A DNA stretch of 58,167 bases from Kamptonema sp. (GTDB taxonomy: Bacteria; Cyanobacteriota; Cyanobacteriia; Cyanobacteriales; Microcoleaceae). How positions within the stretch are numbered: position 1 is the first letter of the stretch; the number at the start of each line of letters is the position of its first letter. The notes under the pieces were generated by a model that was given only the letters and a program-made list of their open reading frames with translations, did not search any database and was not told where the DNA came from. Below, piece after piece: positions 1-10,720 of this stretch. Location: NCBI GenBank assembly GCA_035298405.1, contig DATGYA010000606.1, forward strand, positions 1-58,167, read 5' to 3'. The translations under genes were made by a program, and so were the position numbers.

Positions 1-1
1 C

Positions 2-508
2 AAATATATAATCTTCACCATTCATTATCATTCCAAAATTAGGCATCTCATGCTGAGGATTTGCCATCATATAAGCTAAGGTTTGTGGGAGTGCTTGTAA
101 AACGCTAAAGCTATATTGTTTGGCTTCTATTAACACTACCCATAATAAGTTTTTGATAATCAAGGCATCAATAAAACCTTCTAATACGGTATCTCCGTTT
201 TCAATTTCTACTTTGACAAATTTTTCTCCCCGAATTTTAAACGGCGGGTCGCAAAATCCCAATAGTTCTAAGAGAGGAGATAAGGTAATAATGTTAACGG
301 TAGCTTCGAGGATAAAGCCGTCTGCTGCATAATAGAGATAACGATTTTTCAGGCGGTCTAGTGAGTTTTTTTCAGCTTCGCTGAGTTCAGGTAAATCATT
401 CAGCCATTCGGTGAAGAATTGAGGAGCGTTTGTCTGAGCAATGTTGAATTTTTGTTGAGCTTCGTTGAGATTAGTAATAGCTTTTGTGATGGCAATAGTT
501 TGAGGCAT
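2..508 (-). CDS. PD-(D/E)XK restriction-endonuclease-like protein (HsdR_N-like cyanobacterial family), 3' end outside window
   Basis: Own translation from ATG at 508: MPQTIAITKAITNL...LEGFIDALIIKNLLWVVLIEAKQYSF...LPQTLAYMM...NGEDYIF. Shows a D...ExK motif and stays open to the window edge; absent from the ORF track. Confidence 0.75.
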   Translation of the reverse strand, partial: MPQTIAITKAITNLNEAQQKFNIAQTNAPQFFTEWLNDLPELSEAEKNSLDRLKNRYLYYAADGFILEATVNIITLSPLLELLGFCDPPFKIRGEKFVKVEIENGDTVLEGFIDALIIKNLLWVVLIEAKQYSFSVLQALPQTLAYMMANPQHEMPNFGMIMNGEDYIF

Positions 509-655
509 GATTGTTAGGCTTTTGTGTTTTTATTAATTTTAGTTTATATTAATTTTAGCACAAAGGTATTTCAGAGTAATACTAAATTGATCCTCACTCT
601 TTTGACAGACATAATATTGTTGCTTGAGTGAGGATAAAACCAGGAACATTTGATA

Positions 656-2005
656 TTATTCCTCATTCACCATTGTACTTAAATCTGAGGCTAAATAAAT
701 ACGATGCGCGATCAAATGCCAGATTATTCCAATACCAATTACTCCCAAACCAACTAACCAGATTTGCCAATCCAGACAAAAAGCCAAAACTACCGAAGAC
801 ACAAGAGCTATCCAAGTTATTGCTATGGGATACAAACGTTCTTCAGCGCTGAGACGGAACGCGGCTAAAGAAACAATAAAACACCGATAAAGAGCGCCAA
901 AAGTCCCAAAAGCCCAAGTAGTTTTCACATTACCAATTAAAACTAAAAGTGCGATCGTACATCCCACAACCATAACTGCCCAATAGGGTGTTGAGCCAGC
1001 ACTGTTTAATTTAGTAAGAATACGCGGCATATCTCCTCGCCTGCCCATTGCTAAAATCAAACGAGATAAACTCAAAATTGTACTGAGTAGGATACTCAGC
1101 ATTGCCGTAATAGCACCAATCGCTATAATTGTTGGGGCAATAGGAATGCCAAAACTCTTAGCGACAACTTCTAACGGTGCTGCTTGAATTCTCACCGTTT
1201 CACTAAAAGCTGATGGGCCAATTGAACCCAAACTTACTATCGCTAATCCCAGGTAGAGTACCATAGTAAAAACTATCGTAATAATTACCGATTTTGGGAT
1301 ATTTTTTCTAGGTTCTACCACCTCTTCACTTAGAAGAGCTATACGAGCTGCACCATTGTAAGCAACAAACAATAAAGCTATTGACTGAAGCTGATTTGTA
1401 ATCCAGTTACTACCCTTAATCTCAGGCAAAGCAAGATTGGCCAAAGCATTCTCTGGGAAAACGATTAAACCAGCAACAATCAAGAAAAACAACGATGCAA
1501 GTGTCACCGATAGCACAACTAAAGTTGTGATTTTAGAAGTTCGGATGCCAGCAAGAACCACTAAGGTCATGATTAAAATTGCTGCTTCAGCTACAGGGAT
1601 CAAATAAGCTCTATCGGTCACACCTATAGTATTGAGCAAATAGCTAGCAAAGCCGAGGGCAGCCGTCGCTGCTATTGCCATTTTCCCTAAAAGAAACAAC
1701 CAACCCGCAGTAAAACCTAGCCAAGGGTTTAGGTACTTATAGCCATACTCGTAGATGCCACCACTAACGGGATGATTAACAGCAAGTTGGGTGAGGTTAA
1801 GACTATTACAAGCTACAATAATTCCAGTCAAGACTAATGCCAAAATTACCGCAGAACCAGATACTTCAGTAGCAAGGCTAAGACTAACAAAAATCCCGAC
1901 TCCGATGACTGATCCCAGTCCCATCACGGTTGAACCAAACCAACCTAACTCTCGTTTTAGTTGCTTTGGTTCATTTGCTAATACATTAATTTTTTCTTGG
2001 TTCAT
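656..2005 (-). CDS. APC-family amino acid permease
   Basis: 449 aa with about 12 hydrophobic segments; LKRELG...GSVIGVGIF, SGGIYEY and EEVVEPRKNIPKS motifs. Confidence 0.9.
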   Translation of the reverse strand: MNQEKINVLANEPKQLKRELGWFGSTVMGLGSVIGVGIFVSLSLATEVSGSAVILALVLTGIIVACNSLNLTQLAVNHPVSGGIYEYGYKYLNPWLGFTAGWLFLLGKMAIAATAALGFASYLLNTIGVTDRAYLIPVAEAAILIMTLVVLAGIRTSKITTLVVLSVTLASLFFLIVAGLIVFPENALANLALPEIKGSNWITNQLQSIALLFVAYNGAARIALLSEEVVEPRKNIPKSVIITIVFTMVLYLGLAIVSLGSIGPSAFSETVRIQAAPLEVVAKSFGIPIAPTIIAIGAITAMLSILLSTILSLSRLILAMGRRGDMPRILTKLNSAGSTPYWAVMVVGCTIALLVLIGNVKTTWAFGTFGALYRCFIVSLAAFRLSAEERLYPIAITWIALVSSVVLAFCLDWQIWLVGLGVIGIGIIWHLIAHRIYLASDLSTMVNEE

Positions 2006-2037
2006 CTGCTATTAAGGGTTGATTTATGTCCAACTGC

Positions 2038-3123
2038 TTACTGATTCCACAGATGAGCAGGGACGTGAATATTGCCTGAGAACAGCAGACGTGCTGTACG
2101 CACCACGCCAGCGCGTTCCACAGTTATTTCAGAACCTTGGCAGCGAGTCACCAGCGCTACCTCAATTTTTCCTAAAGGATGCTCGATAACGATAGTTTCT
2201 GTTTCAGAACCCGTTACAATTCCTATTCCATCTGCGACAGAACCCTTGAGTGCAACACAGCAACCAACGCAGATGGCTCCGGTGACTGCGTGGGTGGCAT
2301 GAGCAGTATCTGGGACAAAATAGCGAGATGTCACATTACCTCCATAACGTGGTGGTGCGAGAATCGCGAACTTGGGAATAACGCTATTGGCAACATTACC
2401 CAGTCCCATCCTCAAACCTGCAATGCGACGAATTGCCTCAATACGATTAAAAAATACGGTATCGGCATCAAGTTCTGCCTTGGTTTCATAACCTGTCTTC
2501 CCCAAATCTTCGGCACGGGCGATCGCCATCGGTATCGCGACATCAATACAGGTTACTTCCACGCCTTCAATTTCCTCGCGTAGTTGACCCGTTGGTAACA
2601 GCTTGCCTGTCTTAGAGCCGACAACATCCATAAAATTAAGCTGGATTGGTGCTGCTGTTCCGGGTACGCCGTCAATTGCCGTGTTCCCTTCATAGTTGAC
2701 CCAACCACCTGGAGTTTGGACTATGGCTTCAATCAATGAACCAGAGTTGATCGCATGAATTTTGACAGTCGTTTGACCCTCCACAGCTTTGACCAAACCC
2801 ATTTCTAGCGCTGCGGGAGCAACACCAGCGAGGATATTGCCACAGGAGGGTTCCACATCAACTTTGGGTTGAGCAATCTTGACTTGCGCGAAGAGGTAGT
2901 CCACATCTGCCCAAGGATGAGCTGATGGAGATAAGATAGCGACTTTGCTGGTGAGTGATGTAGCTCCTCCAACCCCGTCTATTTGTAGTTGGTCAGGGGA
3001 ACCCATTGCTGCTAGTAACACCTTGTCTCGTAGTGCAACCTCCTCTGGTAGGTCTTGCTTGAGGAAGTAAAGCCCCCGTGATGTGCCACCTCTGATGAAT
3101 AAGCTGGGTATTGCTATTTGCAT
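2038..3123 (-). CDS. PrpF-family isomerase (4-oxalomesaconate tautomerase / aconitate isomerase-like)
   Basis: RGGTSRGLYF, GSPD..QIDGVGGATSLTSKVAI, CGNILAGV and RTARLLFSG signatures. Confidence 0.88.
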   Translation of the reverse strand: MQIAIPSLFIRGGTSRGLYFLKQDLPEEVALRDKVLLAAMGSPDQLQIDGVGGATSLTSKVAILSPSAHPWADVDYLFAQVKIAQPKVDVEPSCGNILAGVAPAALEMGLVKAVEGQTTVKIHAINSGSLIEAIVQTPGGWVNYEGNTAIDGVPGTAAPIQLNFMDVVGSKTGKLLPTGQLREEIEGVEVTCIDVAIPMAIARAEDLGKTGYETKAELDADTVFFNRIEAIRRIAGLRMGLGNVANSVIPKFAILAPPRYGGNVTSRYFVPDTAHATHAVTGAICVGCCVALKGSVADGIGIVTGSETETIVIEHPLGKIEVALVTRCQGSEITVERAGVVRTARLLFSGNIHVPAHLWNQ

Positions 3124-3225
3124 CTGTGAATTAGGCTTCTACTATGACAGAAGATATTAGTTTTATCTAAGTTCTGTCTAGTATAGATAGGATGGACAAC
3201 ACCGAGTTAGGAATTATAACACACT

Positions 3226-4488
3226 TTAATCAAAATTACTCCCAAAAAACGCGATCGCATCCTTCAAAGCGGCAATAAAAACATCGATCTCTTCACGAGT
3301 ATTGTAAAAATATAAGCTGGCTCGTGCACTCGATGTAATACCTAAATAACGGTGCAAAGGCTGGGTGCAATGATTCCCTGCCCGAATAGCAACTCCTGCC
3401 TGATCCAACATCTCGGATAAGTCGTGAGGGTGCACATCTTTAACAGTGAAAGACGCTAAAGCTGCCCTGCCTTCACCATTGCTATCGGGTTCTGGCCCAT
3501 ACACTTTAATATCAGGAATTTCGCGCAAGCTTTGGAAGAGATAAGCAGTCAATTCTGCTTCATAAGCATGAATTTTATCCATGCCAATGTTAGTTAAATA
3601 CTCCACGGCTGCACCAAGTGCGATCGCTTCTCCAATTGCCGGAGTCCCCGCCTCGAATTTATGGGGTAAATCCGCATAGGTAGAATGATCTAGAAATACG
3701 TCAGCAATCATCTCGCCGCCGCCCATAAATGGAGGCATTGACCGTAGTAAATCTAACTTGCCATAGAGAAAACCGATGCCAGTAGGAGCGCACATTTTAT
3801 GACCAGAAGCCACTAGCCAATCGCAATCTATGGCTTGCACGTCTACTACCATGTGAGGCACGCTTTGGCAAGCATCGATTAAAACTTTAGCGCCGTGACT
3901 GTGTGCGATCGCGCAAATTTCAGCCACCGGATTAATGCAGCCCAAAGTATTAGAAACATGAACCACAGATACTAATTTAGTTTTATCTGAAACCAGCGTC
4001 TTAAACTGTTCTAAATTAAACTCTTGACTGTCAGTAAGTTCTACAAATTTTAACACTGCACCTGTTCTTTGAGCAACAAATTGCCAAGGCACTATATTGC
4101 TGTGGTGTTCCATCACCGACAGGATAATTTCATCCCCTGTTTGCAGGTTGCTAAAACCCCAAGAATATGCAACTAAATTAATCGCTTCGCTGGCATTACG
4201 AGTATAGATAATTTCCTGCCTAGAAGCAGCATTTACAAAAGCAGCAACTCGATCTCGCGCCGCTTCATAAGCATCAGTTGCTCTGCCGCTGAGAGTATGA
4301 GCGCCCCGATGAACGTTAGAATTATCTTGTTGGTAGTAGTCTCGTAAAACATTGAGCACGGCTTGAGGCTTTTGAGAAGTAGCTGCATTATCTAAATAAA
4401 CGAGAGGTTGACCATTGACTTCCTGTTGTAAAATTCGGAAATCATCACGGACTTTAGATGCAAGTATTCTTTCTTGAGTAATAGTCAT
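3226..4488 (-). CDS. sufS: SufS cysteine desulfurase
   Basis: [16 protein letters not shown] (PLP Lys), FEAGTP and RAGNHC; last gene of the suf operon. Confidence 0.97.
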   Translation of the reverse strand: MTITQERILASKVRDDFRILQQEVNGQPLVYLDNAATSQKPQAVLNVLRDYYQQDNSNVHRGAHTLSGRATDAYEAARDRVAAFVNAASRQEIIYTRNASEAINLVAYSWGFSNLQTGDEIILSVMEHHSNIVPWQFVAQRTGAVLKFVELTDSQEFNLEQFKTLVSDKTKLVSVVHVSNTLGCINPVAEICAIAHSHGAKVLIDACQSVPHMVVDVQAIDCDWLVASGHKMCAPTGIGFLYGKLDLLRSMPPFMGGGEMIADVFLDHSTYADLPHKFEAGTPAIGEAIALGAAVEYLTNIGMDKIHAYEAELTAYLFQSLREIPDIKVYGPEPDSNGEGRAALASFTVKDVHPHDLSEMLDQAGVAIRAGNHCTQPLHRYLGITSSARASLYFYNTREEIDVFIAALKDAIAFFGSNFD

Positions 4489-4533
4489 TTTTTTGGAAAT
4501 AGGTAATCAGGAATTAAAACTTTATATCGAGCA

Positions 4534-4672
4534 CCGCCGGAGGTTAAAACCCCCCTCTCATAGCTAAAGTCGGTTGAAACCGACTGAAAACTTTAGCTTG
4601 TAGGGTGGGTCATTAGTCTTCAGTCCTCTTCAGAGGACTTTTGCTATTAGACGGGGGTTTTAACCCTGGCGG
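4534..4672. mobile_element. REPIN/MITE-like element: two inverted ~58-bp arms, each with an internal hairpin
   Basis: Left arm ccgccggaggttaaaacccc...gtcggt-tgaa-accgac; reverse complement of right arm ccgccagggttaaaacccc...gtcctc-tgaa-gaggac. Confidence 0.75.
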
Positions 4673-4697
4673 GTTGATAGCGTAGCAGTAAGGGAAA

Positions 4698-6014
4698 CTA
4701 TGTTCTCCCTGCTACAATTTGACCAAGCATTTGCCGCACCGCAGCCACCGGTAACTGATTGATAATTTCAGCGGCAAACGCATCTATTAACAAATGCCGA
4801 CTGGTTTCTTCATTCAAACCGCGACTTTGCAGGTAAAAAACCTCATCATCCTCTAATTGGCTAACAGTTGCACCGTGCGAACACTTGACATTATCAGCAG
4901 TAATTTCTAACTGCGGCTTAGTATCAATTCGTGCTTTTGGTGATAGTAATAAATTGCGGTTTAACTGTCCGGCATCGGTTAATTGTGCAAGTTTGGGAAC
5001 AAAAACTTTGCCGTTAAATACAGCATGAGCTTTATCATCTACAATGCACTTATGTAACTGGCGACTGGTTCCGTGAGGATGATTGAAAGCGATCGTGCTG
5101 TGAGTATCAGCTAACTGCTCGCCACCAATCATGGTTAAACCATTTAGCGTTGTCTCAGTACCTTCTCCCCCCTGAAAAACCTCTAAATTATGCCGGGATA
5201 TTTTGCTTCCCAAACTAATAGCATGGCACGTATAACGACTATTGCGAGATTGCGCGATCGCGCTTTTCCCAATATGAAACGCCTCCTCACCTTCCCGCTG
5301 AATGCGAATGTGATTTACCACAGCATTTTCACCTACAAAAATCTCTGTCACCGCATTAGTGAAAGTTGAAAGATTGCCAATGGTTACATAATCCTCCACC
5401 AGTGTCACGCTACTTCCCGGTTCAGCTATTACCAAACAGTGAGGCTGACACATCGTAGGAGTTGCACCAGCCATAGTTATAAACACCAAATGAATGGGAA
5501 TATCTATGGCGTGATTTTGTGGCACAAATACCACTGCCGCATCCATCAAACCAGCAACATTCAAAGCTGAAAAAACTTCAAATTGCTGCTGTTTATTGCT
5601 TAAATAATCGCAAATACGAGCTTGATATTTCTCCGGCGCATCTGATAAATTACCTGCATAAAAGTCATCCGCCAAAGTTGACAATTGCGCGGCATAGCAA
5701 CCATTTACAAATACTAAACGCGATGGTAATTCATCCTGAAAGCTGACAGATAAACCAATATCGGCTAAGCCAATATTTAACTGATTGTTCTCAGTTAAAT
5801 TGAAAGGAATTTTTAACAGCGGCGATAAATCTGTAAACCGCCATTCCTCATCTCTGGTAGTAGGAAAAGCAGCAGAAAGCAGGTATTCAGCCGCCTTGTC
5901 TCGCAAATCTTTTAAACCGTAAGGGCAACTTTCTAGCTTACCTTGACTCAGTTGGCGACATTGACTCACCAGATCGTGCAAATATGTTTCTCGATTAATA
6001 ATTTGTGCAATCAT
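4698..6014 (-). CDS. sufD: Fe-S cluster assembly protein SufD
   Basis: [26 protein letters not shown] and FYLQSRGL. Confidence 0.96.
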   Translation of the reverse strand: MIAQIINRETYLHDLVSQCRQLSQGKLESCPYGLKDLRDKAAEYLLSAAFPTTRDEEWRFTDLSPLLKIPFNLTENNQLNIGLADIGLSVSFQDELPSRLVFVNGCYAAQLSTLADDFYAGNLSDAPEKYQARICDYLSNKQQQFEVFSALNVAGLMDAAVVFVPQNHAIDIPIHLVFITMAGATPTMCQPHCLVIAEPGSSVTLVEDYVTIGNLSTFTNAVTEIFVGENAVVNHIRIQREGEEAFHIGKSAIAQSRNSRYTCHAISLGSKISRHNLEVFQGGEGTETTLNGLTMIGGEQLADTHSTIAFNHPHGTSRQLHKCIVDDKAHAVFNGKVFVPKLAQLTDAGQLNRNLLLSPKARIDTKPQLEITADNVKCSHGATVSQLEDDEVFYLQSRGLNEETSRHLLIDAFAAEIINQLPVAAVRQMLGQIVAGRT

Positions 6015-6802
6015 CGCGCTGCCACCTCCGAGGCTTCAGCTTCCACCACCCAATCATAACCTCGCGCTTCCAATTCCAATGCCAATTCCTTATTACCAGT
6101 AGTCAGAATTCTCCCACCTTCCATGACGTGAACGTAATCTGGCACAATGTAATTTAATAGTCGCTGATAGTGAGTAATTACCAGCATAGAATTCTCAGCA
6201 TTTGCTAACTGATTTACACCATTAGCTACAATCTTCAGCGCGTCGATATCCAAACCAGAATCAGTCTCGTCTAAAATCGCTAATTTCGGTTCTAACAGCG
6301 CCATTTGTAGAATCTCATTCCGCTTTTTCTCGCCGCCAGAAAAACCCTCATTCACGCTGCGATCCAAAAAAGCTGGATTCATCTTGACAATATCCAACTT
6401 TTGCTCTACCAAATCTTGAAAATCAAAAGTATCCATTTCTTCCAATCCTTGATGTTTGCGGTGAGAATTGTAAGCTACCCGCAAAAAGTCAAGATTACTT
6501 ACCCCCGGAATTTCTAAAGGATATTGGAAAGCCAAAAACACACCTGCCAACGAGCGTTCTTCCGGCGACATTTCCAGCAAATTTTGACCCAAAAACGTGA
6601 CTTCGCCACCCGTTACAGTATAAGCAGGATGACCAGCTAAAATCTTAGAAAAAGTGCTTTTACCAGAACCATTAGGCCCCATAATCGCATGAATTTCACC
6701 CGCCTTAATTTCCAGATTCAAACCCTTAAGGATTTGCGTCCCGTCAACATCAGCAGTTAAATCTCGAACAGACAATATAACCTGACTATTTTCAACAATC
6801 AT
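6011..6802 (-). CDS. sufC: Fe-S cluster assembly ATPase SufC
   Basis: [19 protein letters not shown] and LDETDSGLD. Confidence 0.98.
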   Translation of the reverse strand: MIVENSQVILSVRDLTADVDGTQILKGLNLEIKAGEIHAIMGPNGSGKSTFSKILAGHPAYTVTGGEVTFLGQNLLEMSPEERSLAGVFLAFQYPLEIPGVSNLDFLRVAYNSHRKHQGLEEMDTFDFQDLVEQKLDIVKMNPAFLDRSVNEGFSGGEKKRNEILQMALLEPKLAILDETDSGLDIDALKIVANGVNQLANAENSMLVITHYQRLLNYIVPDYVHVMEGGRILTTGNKELALELEARGYDWVVEAEASEVAAR

Positions 6803-6957
6803 CTCTCTTTGTTTCTCCTCTGCGACCTTTGCGCCTTAGCGGTTCGTTACTTAATTCGTTACTTGAGAAGCATTCTAGCAATATCAGGACTTTCTGGATT
6901 AACAATCAATTGCTACCGCTCCATTTTTAGAGGATTATCATGGCATTGCCACCCTAC

Positions 6958-7005
6958 AATTAACAGTTAACGGTTAACGGTTAACCGTTAACCGTTAACC
7001 ATTAA
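6958..7005. repeat. Heptamer tandem repeat (GTTAACR / GTTAACC) arranged as a palindrome
   Basis: ttaacagttaacggttaacggttaaccgttaaccgttaaccattaa immediately after the sufB stop. Confidence 0.85.
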
Positions 7006-8441
7006 CCAACACTGCCTTCTAATTTCAAGCTTAATAACTTGTCAGCTTCCACAGCAAATTCCATCGGCAATTGATTGAAAACATCTTTGCAGAAACCGCT
7101 AATCATCATTGAAATCGCATCTTCTGGGGAGATTCCTCGCTGTGCAAAGAAAAACAATTGATCTTCTCCAATTTTGGAAGTAGAAGCTTCATGTTCAACT
7201 TTAGCGGTGTGATTTTGCACTTGGATATAAGGGAAAGTATTAGCCTGGGCATTGTCTCCAATCAGCATAGAATCGCACTGGGAATAATTCCGCGCACCCT
7301 TAGCTTTTGGCCCCATTTTCACTAAGCCGCGATAGCTATTAGATGAATTACCCGCCGAAATTCCCTTAGAAATAATCGTGCTGCGGGTGTTTTTGCCAAT
7401 GTGCACCATCTTAGTTCCGGTGTCAGCTTGCTGCTTGTGGTTTGTCAGGGCAACTGAGTAAAATTCGCCTACCGAATTGTCGCCGACTAGGACGCAACTG
7501 GGATACTTCCAAGTAATTGCAGAACCAGTTTCTACCTGCGTCCAAGAAATCTTAGAATTAACTCCTTGACATAAACCTCGCTTGGTAACGAAGTTGTAAA
7601 TACCGCCTTTGCCGTTTTCGTCACCAGCGTACCAATTTTGCACTGTTGAATATTTAATTTCAGCGTTATCTAATGCTACTAATTCGACAACAGCGGCGTG
7701 TAGTTGATTGGTATCAAACATGGGAGCGGTGCAGCCTTCTAAATAGCTGACTTGGCTGCTTTCTTCAGCGATAATTAATGTGCGCTCGAATTGCCCAGAG
7801 TCGCCGTTGTTGATGCGGAAATAGGTGGACAATTCCATCGGGCATTTTACGCCTTTGGGAATGTACACGAAGGAACCGTCACTAAATACAGCGGAGTTGA
7901 GGGCGGCGAAGTAGTTGTCACCGACGGGGACAACGCTGCCGAGGTATTTTTCTATCAGTTCAGGATAGTCTTTGACAGCTTCGGAAATCGAACAGAAAAT
8001 TACCCCATCTTTGGCGAGCTTTTCTCTGAAGGTGGTGGCGACGGAAACGCTGTCAAAAACGGCATCAACGGCAACGTTGCTGAGCCGCTTTTGCTCAGAT
8101 AAGGAAATGCCTAGTTTCTCGAAGGTTTCTAACAAAACTGGGTCAACTTCTTCGAGGCTGTTGAGTTTTTTGGGTTTTTGCCTGGGTGCAGAATAGTAAA
8201 TGATTTCTTGGTAGTTGATGGGGGGGTAGCTGACGTGGGGCCAAGTCGGTTCGGTCATTTTCAGCCATTGCCGATAGGCTTTGAGGCGAAATTCTAGCAT
8301 GAACGCGGGTTCATTTTTCTTGGTGGAGATCAGGCGGACGACATCTTCGCTGAGGCCGCGAGGGATGGTGTCTGACTCGATTTCGGTGACAAAACCGTAT
8401 TTATAGGGCTGATTGACTAAGGTTTGGACTGTAGCACTCAT
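7002..8441 (-). CDS. sufB: Fe-S cluster assembly protein SufB
   Basis: [31 protein letters not shown] and TWKYPS. Confidence 0.98.
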   Translation of the reverse strand: MSATVQTLVNQPYKYGFVTEIESDTIPRGLSEDVVRLISTKKNEPAFMLEFRLKAYRQWLKMTEPTWPHVSYPPINYQEIIYYSAPRQKPKKLNSLEEVDPVLLETFEKLGISLSEQKRLSNVAVDAVFDSVSVATTFREKLAKDGVIFCSISEAVKDYPELIEKYLGSVVPVGDNYFAALNSAVFSDGSFVYIPKGVKCPMELSTYFRINNGDSGQFERTLIIAEESSQVSYLEGCTAPMFDTNQLHAAVVELVALDNAEIKYSTVQNWYAGDENGKGGIYNFVTKRGLCQGVNSKISWTQVETGSAITWKYPSCVLVGDNSVGEFYSVALTNHKQQADTGTKMVHIGKNTRSTIISKGISAGNSSNSYRGLVKMGPKAKGARNYSQCDSMLIGDNAQANTFPYIQVQNHTAKVEHEASTSKIGEDQLFFFAQRGISPEDAISMMISGFCKDVFNQLPMEFAVEADKLLSLKLEGSVG

Positions 8442-8536
8442 TATCTTGTGTTCTCTCGTGTTCTATAGGAATTTCTCAGGATCGCAGGCGGTGATGGCCG
8501 TCTGTAGTAGAGTCTGCTCTAGAGGAAGGCTCTGGT

Positions 8537-8595
8537 TTAAACAACTGATTTGTTGCTTAAGTATATTTTAAGCTACATTAACAACAGTGATATTG
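8537..8595. promoter_or_regulatory. Two SufR operator sites in the sufB-sufR divergent intergenic region
   Basis: TTAAA-CAAC-tgattt-GTTG-CTTAA (core 8542-8555) and imperfect CAAC-agtgat-ATTG (8582-8595), 26 bp apart. Matches the known cyanobacterial SufR consensus CAAC-N6-GTTG. Confidence 0.85.
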
Positions 8596-8629
8596 TCAAA
8601 GTCAAAGAGATTATATTTTTGTAAAAAAG

Positions 8630-9292
8630 ATGATGACGACTACTCAGCAGCATTCCACGAAACAAGACATCCTGCAATATTTGCTCAGGGGGGGCAAGGC
8701 GACGGCCTTGGAGTTGGCGGAGTCGCTGGAAGTAAGCCCGCAGGCGATTCGCCGTCACCTCAAGGATTTGGAATCTGAGGGGCTGATTCAGTATCGATCG
8801 CTACAGGCGGGGATGGGACGACCTCAGCATATTTATGAGCTAACGAGTCAAGGTCGCGATCGCTTCCCTAACCGCTACGGCGAGTTTGCAGTTTCACTCC
8901 TTGATACTTTAGCTGAAACGGTAGGCCGTGATGGTGTGATTACCCTTCTGCAAAAACAATGGGAACGCAAGGCGATGGAGTATCGGCGTTTGGTGGGAAA
9001 AGGTTCTGTGCAAGAGCGGGTGGCGAGATTGGTAGAACTTCGCAGGGTTGAGGGTTATATGGCTGAGTGCCATCCTGTAGATGATAGCGATACTCAGCAT
9101 CAGGGTATGGGAAATCGGTTTATATTTATGGAACACAATTGTGCAATTTCTAATGTGGCTGAGACGTTTCCTAGTGTGTGTGGGAATGAGTTAGAAATGT
9201 TTGCAGAGGTATTGCCGGATTGTACGGTAGAGCGAACTCATTGGATTATTAATGGTGAGCATCGCTGCGGTTATTTGATTACGAGTAAATGA
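8630..9292 (+). CDS. sufR: Fe-S cluster biosynthesis transcriptional regulator SufR
   Basis: N-terminal HTH (QAIRRHLKDLE...GRPQHIY); C-terminal Cys ligands EHNCAI...VCGNE...HRCGY; divergent from sufB. Confidence 0.96.
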   Translation: MMTTTQQHSTKQDILQYLLRGGKATALELAESLEVSPQAIRRHLKDLESEGLIQYRSLQAGMGRPQHIYELTSQGRDRFPNRYGEFAVSLLDTLAETVGRDGVITLLQKQWERKAMEYRRLVGKGSVQERVARLVELRRVEGYMAECHPVDDSDTQHQGMGNRFIFMEHNCAISNVAETFPSVCGNELEMFAEVLPDCTVERTHWIINGEHRCGYLITSK

Positions 9293-9360
9293 AGGTGCGA
9301 TCGCGCCTCTGTTACTATCTCATTGATTCCCAAATACTAATTACTCAACCTCAAATTTAT

Positions 9361-9768
9361 ATGCAACCCCTAGCACAATTTTTAACAGTAGAAGAGAGTG
9401 CAGAAGTAGATATGGCGCTGCTGTCATCAAAAGAAAAATTCTCTGCACGGCTAGCAATTTATGCTTTGAGGGTACTCAAACAAATTGCAAATGAGGAAGA
9501 TTTACCTGTGGAAATGGTAACAAATCAGCAAGTAGCAGGTTGGATTGGAAAGGATGAAAATATCAAGCAAGAAATAGAAGTTGATGCTAGTTTTGAAAGC
9601 TTTTTTACAAATTTAGTAATTTCATCTTTACGACCCTTAAAGCAGATTTCTCTAGAAGCTAAGGTGTCGATAGAAAATTTGACAGTCAAACAGGTGGTTG
9701 CATGGTTTGAAAAAGATGCTAAGATTAAGCGAGAGCAGGGTATTGATGCCGGGTCTTTGAAGTTGTAA
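9361..9768 (+). CDS. Hypothetical protein (likely start ATG 9361; ORF is open from 9289)
   Basis: About 135-aa helical, charged ORF with an internal repeat (VTNQQVAGW / LTVKQVVAW). Confidence 0.7.
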   Translation: MQPLAQFLTVEESAEVDMALLSSKEKFSARLAIYALRVLKQIANEEDLPVEMVTNQQVAGWIGKDENIKQEIEVDASFESFFTNLVISSLRPLKQISLEAKVSIENLTVKQVVAWFEKDAKIKREQGIDAGSLKL

Positions 9769-9785
9769 ACCAAGGAAAATTTTAT

Positions 9786-10085
9786 ATGGCTAGTCGTGTT
9801 GACAAATCTTCCCAGCTAATTGACAAAGCTACAGTTTTGGCAAAATCAGGCAATTGGGGAGAAGAAGCTAGGAAAATCAATAGTTCCATCATTGCGTTAG
9901 ACCCGAAAAATGCTGATGCCCACACGCGCTTGGCACGGTGTCACGTTCTACTGGGAAATCTTGATAGTGCAGAACAAGTCTATGAACAAGTGCTGAAAAT
10001 TTATCCCGATAATTTAGTGGCTAAAAATAATTTATCTAAGCTCAAGAAGAATAGACCTTTATTTACCGGAGACAAGCTCCCATAG
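9786..10085 (+). CDS. Small tetratricopeptide repeat protein
   Basis: ALDPKNADAHTRLARC...AEQVYEQVLKIYPDNLVAKNNL TPR pattern. Confidence 0.8.
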   Translation: MASRVDKSSQLIDKATVLAKSGNWGEEARKINSSIIALDPKNADAHTRLARCHVLLGNLDSAEQVYEQVLKIYPDNLVAKNNLSKLKKNRPLFTGDKLP

Positions 10086-10234
10086 TAGTAATAAGTGCAC
10101 AGGCGAACGCCGGGTTTGAGAAAGATGCAAGATTCGGCGATCGCAAATTTAAAATTATTTGTTCAAAATATAGTAATTTTTAATTCGTTATTAAGATATA
10201 ATCTTCCTTAAATATTAATCATTAGAGACTACCA

Positions 10235-10720
10235 ATGTTAATGCTACTTTTCTACGTAGGAGAAAATCTTTACGCGCTTGATAGTTCCCAGGTGGTGGAA
10301 GTTATACCGAGAGTCATCCTGAGAAAAGCGCACCAAATGCCTGATTATATTGCGGGTATGTTTAAATATCGCTCCGCGATCGTGCCAGTCATAGATCTCT
10401 GTCATTTAATTCAAGGACAGCCTAGTTGTTCTTACTTAAGCACTCGAATTATCATGGTAAATTACTTTGCGAAAGATAACGCCAAGCGTTGCATTGGGTT
10501 AATGGCAGAACGAGTCACCGAAACATTAAATAAGCCGGATAGCGAGCTGATAGATACAGCCACTCATTTAAACGAATCTCCCGGTTATTTAGGAGAAATG
10601 ATTATGGATGATAAAGGTATGATTCAGCGCATTAGATTAGAATATTTGCTGTCAGATCCACAGCACCAATATTTACTGGCAGGAAAGAATGATGACCGCA
10701 ACGATCCAAGCTCAAATTGA
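10235..10720 (+). CDS. cheW: CheW-domain adaptor (WspB-like)
   Basis: LLFYVGENLYALD..QVVEVIP...YRSAIVPVIDL...STRII...GLMAERVTET. Confidence 0.92.
   Translation: MLMLLFYVGENLYALDSSQVVEVIPRVILRKAHQMPDYIAGMFKYRSAIVPVIDLCHLIQGQPSCSYLSTRIIMVNYFAKDNAKRCIGLMAERVTETLNKPDSELIDTATHLNESPGYLGEMIMDDKGMIQRIRLEYLLSDPQHQYLLAGKNDDRNDPSSN

Noticed and set aside
2-508. Functional restriction-modification or defence system (also Uma2 at 29852-30541)
   Set aside because: No methylase or specificity genes in view; both belong to families widely expanded as stand-alone genes in cyanobacteria.
6810-6958. Possible sRNA between sufB and sufC
   Set aside because: Contains only degenerate fragments of common cyanobacterial repeats (CTCTGCG-type, GGCATTGCCACCCTAC); no promoter or terminator support.
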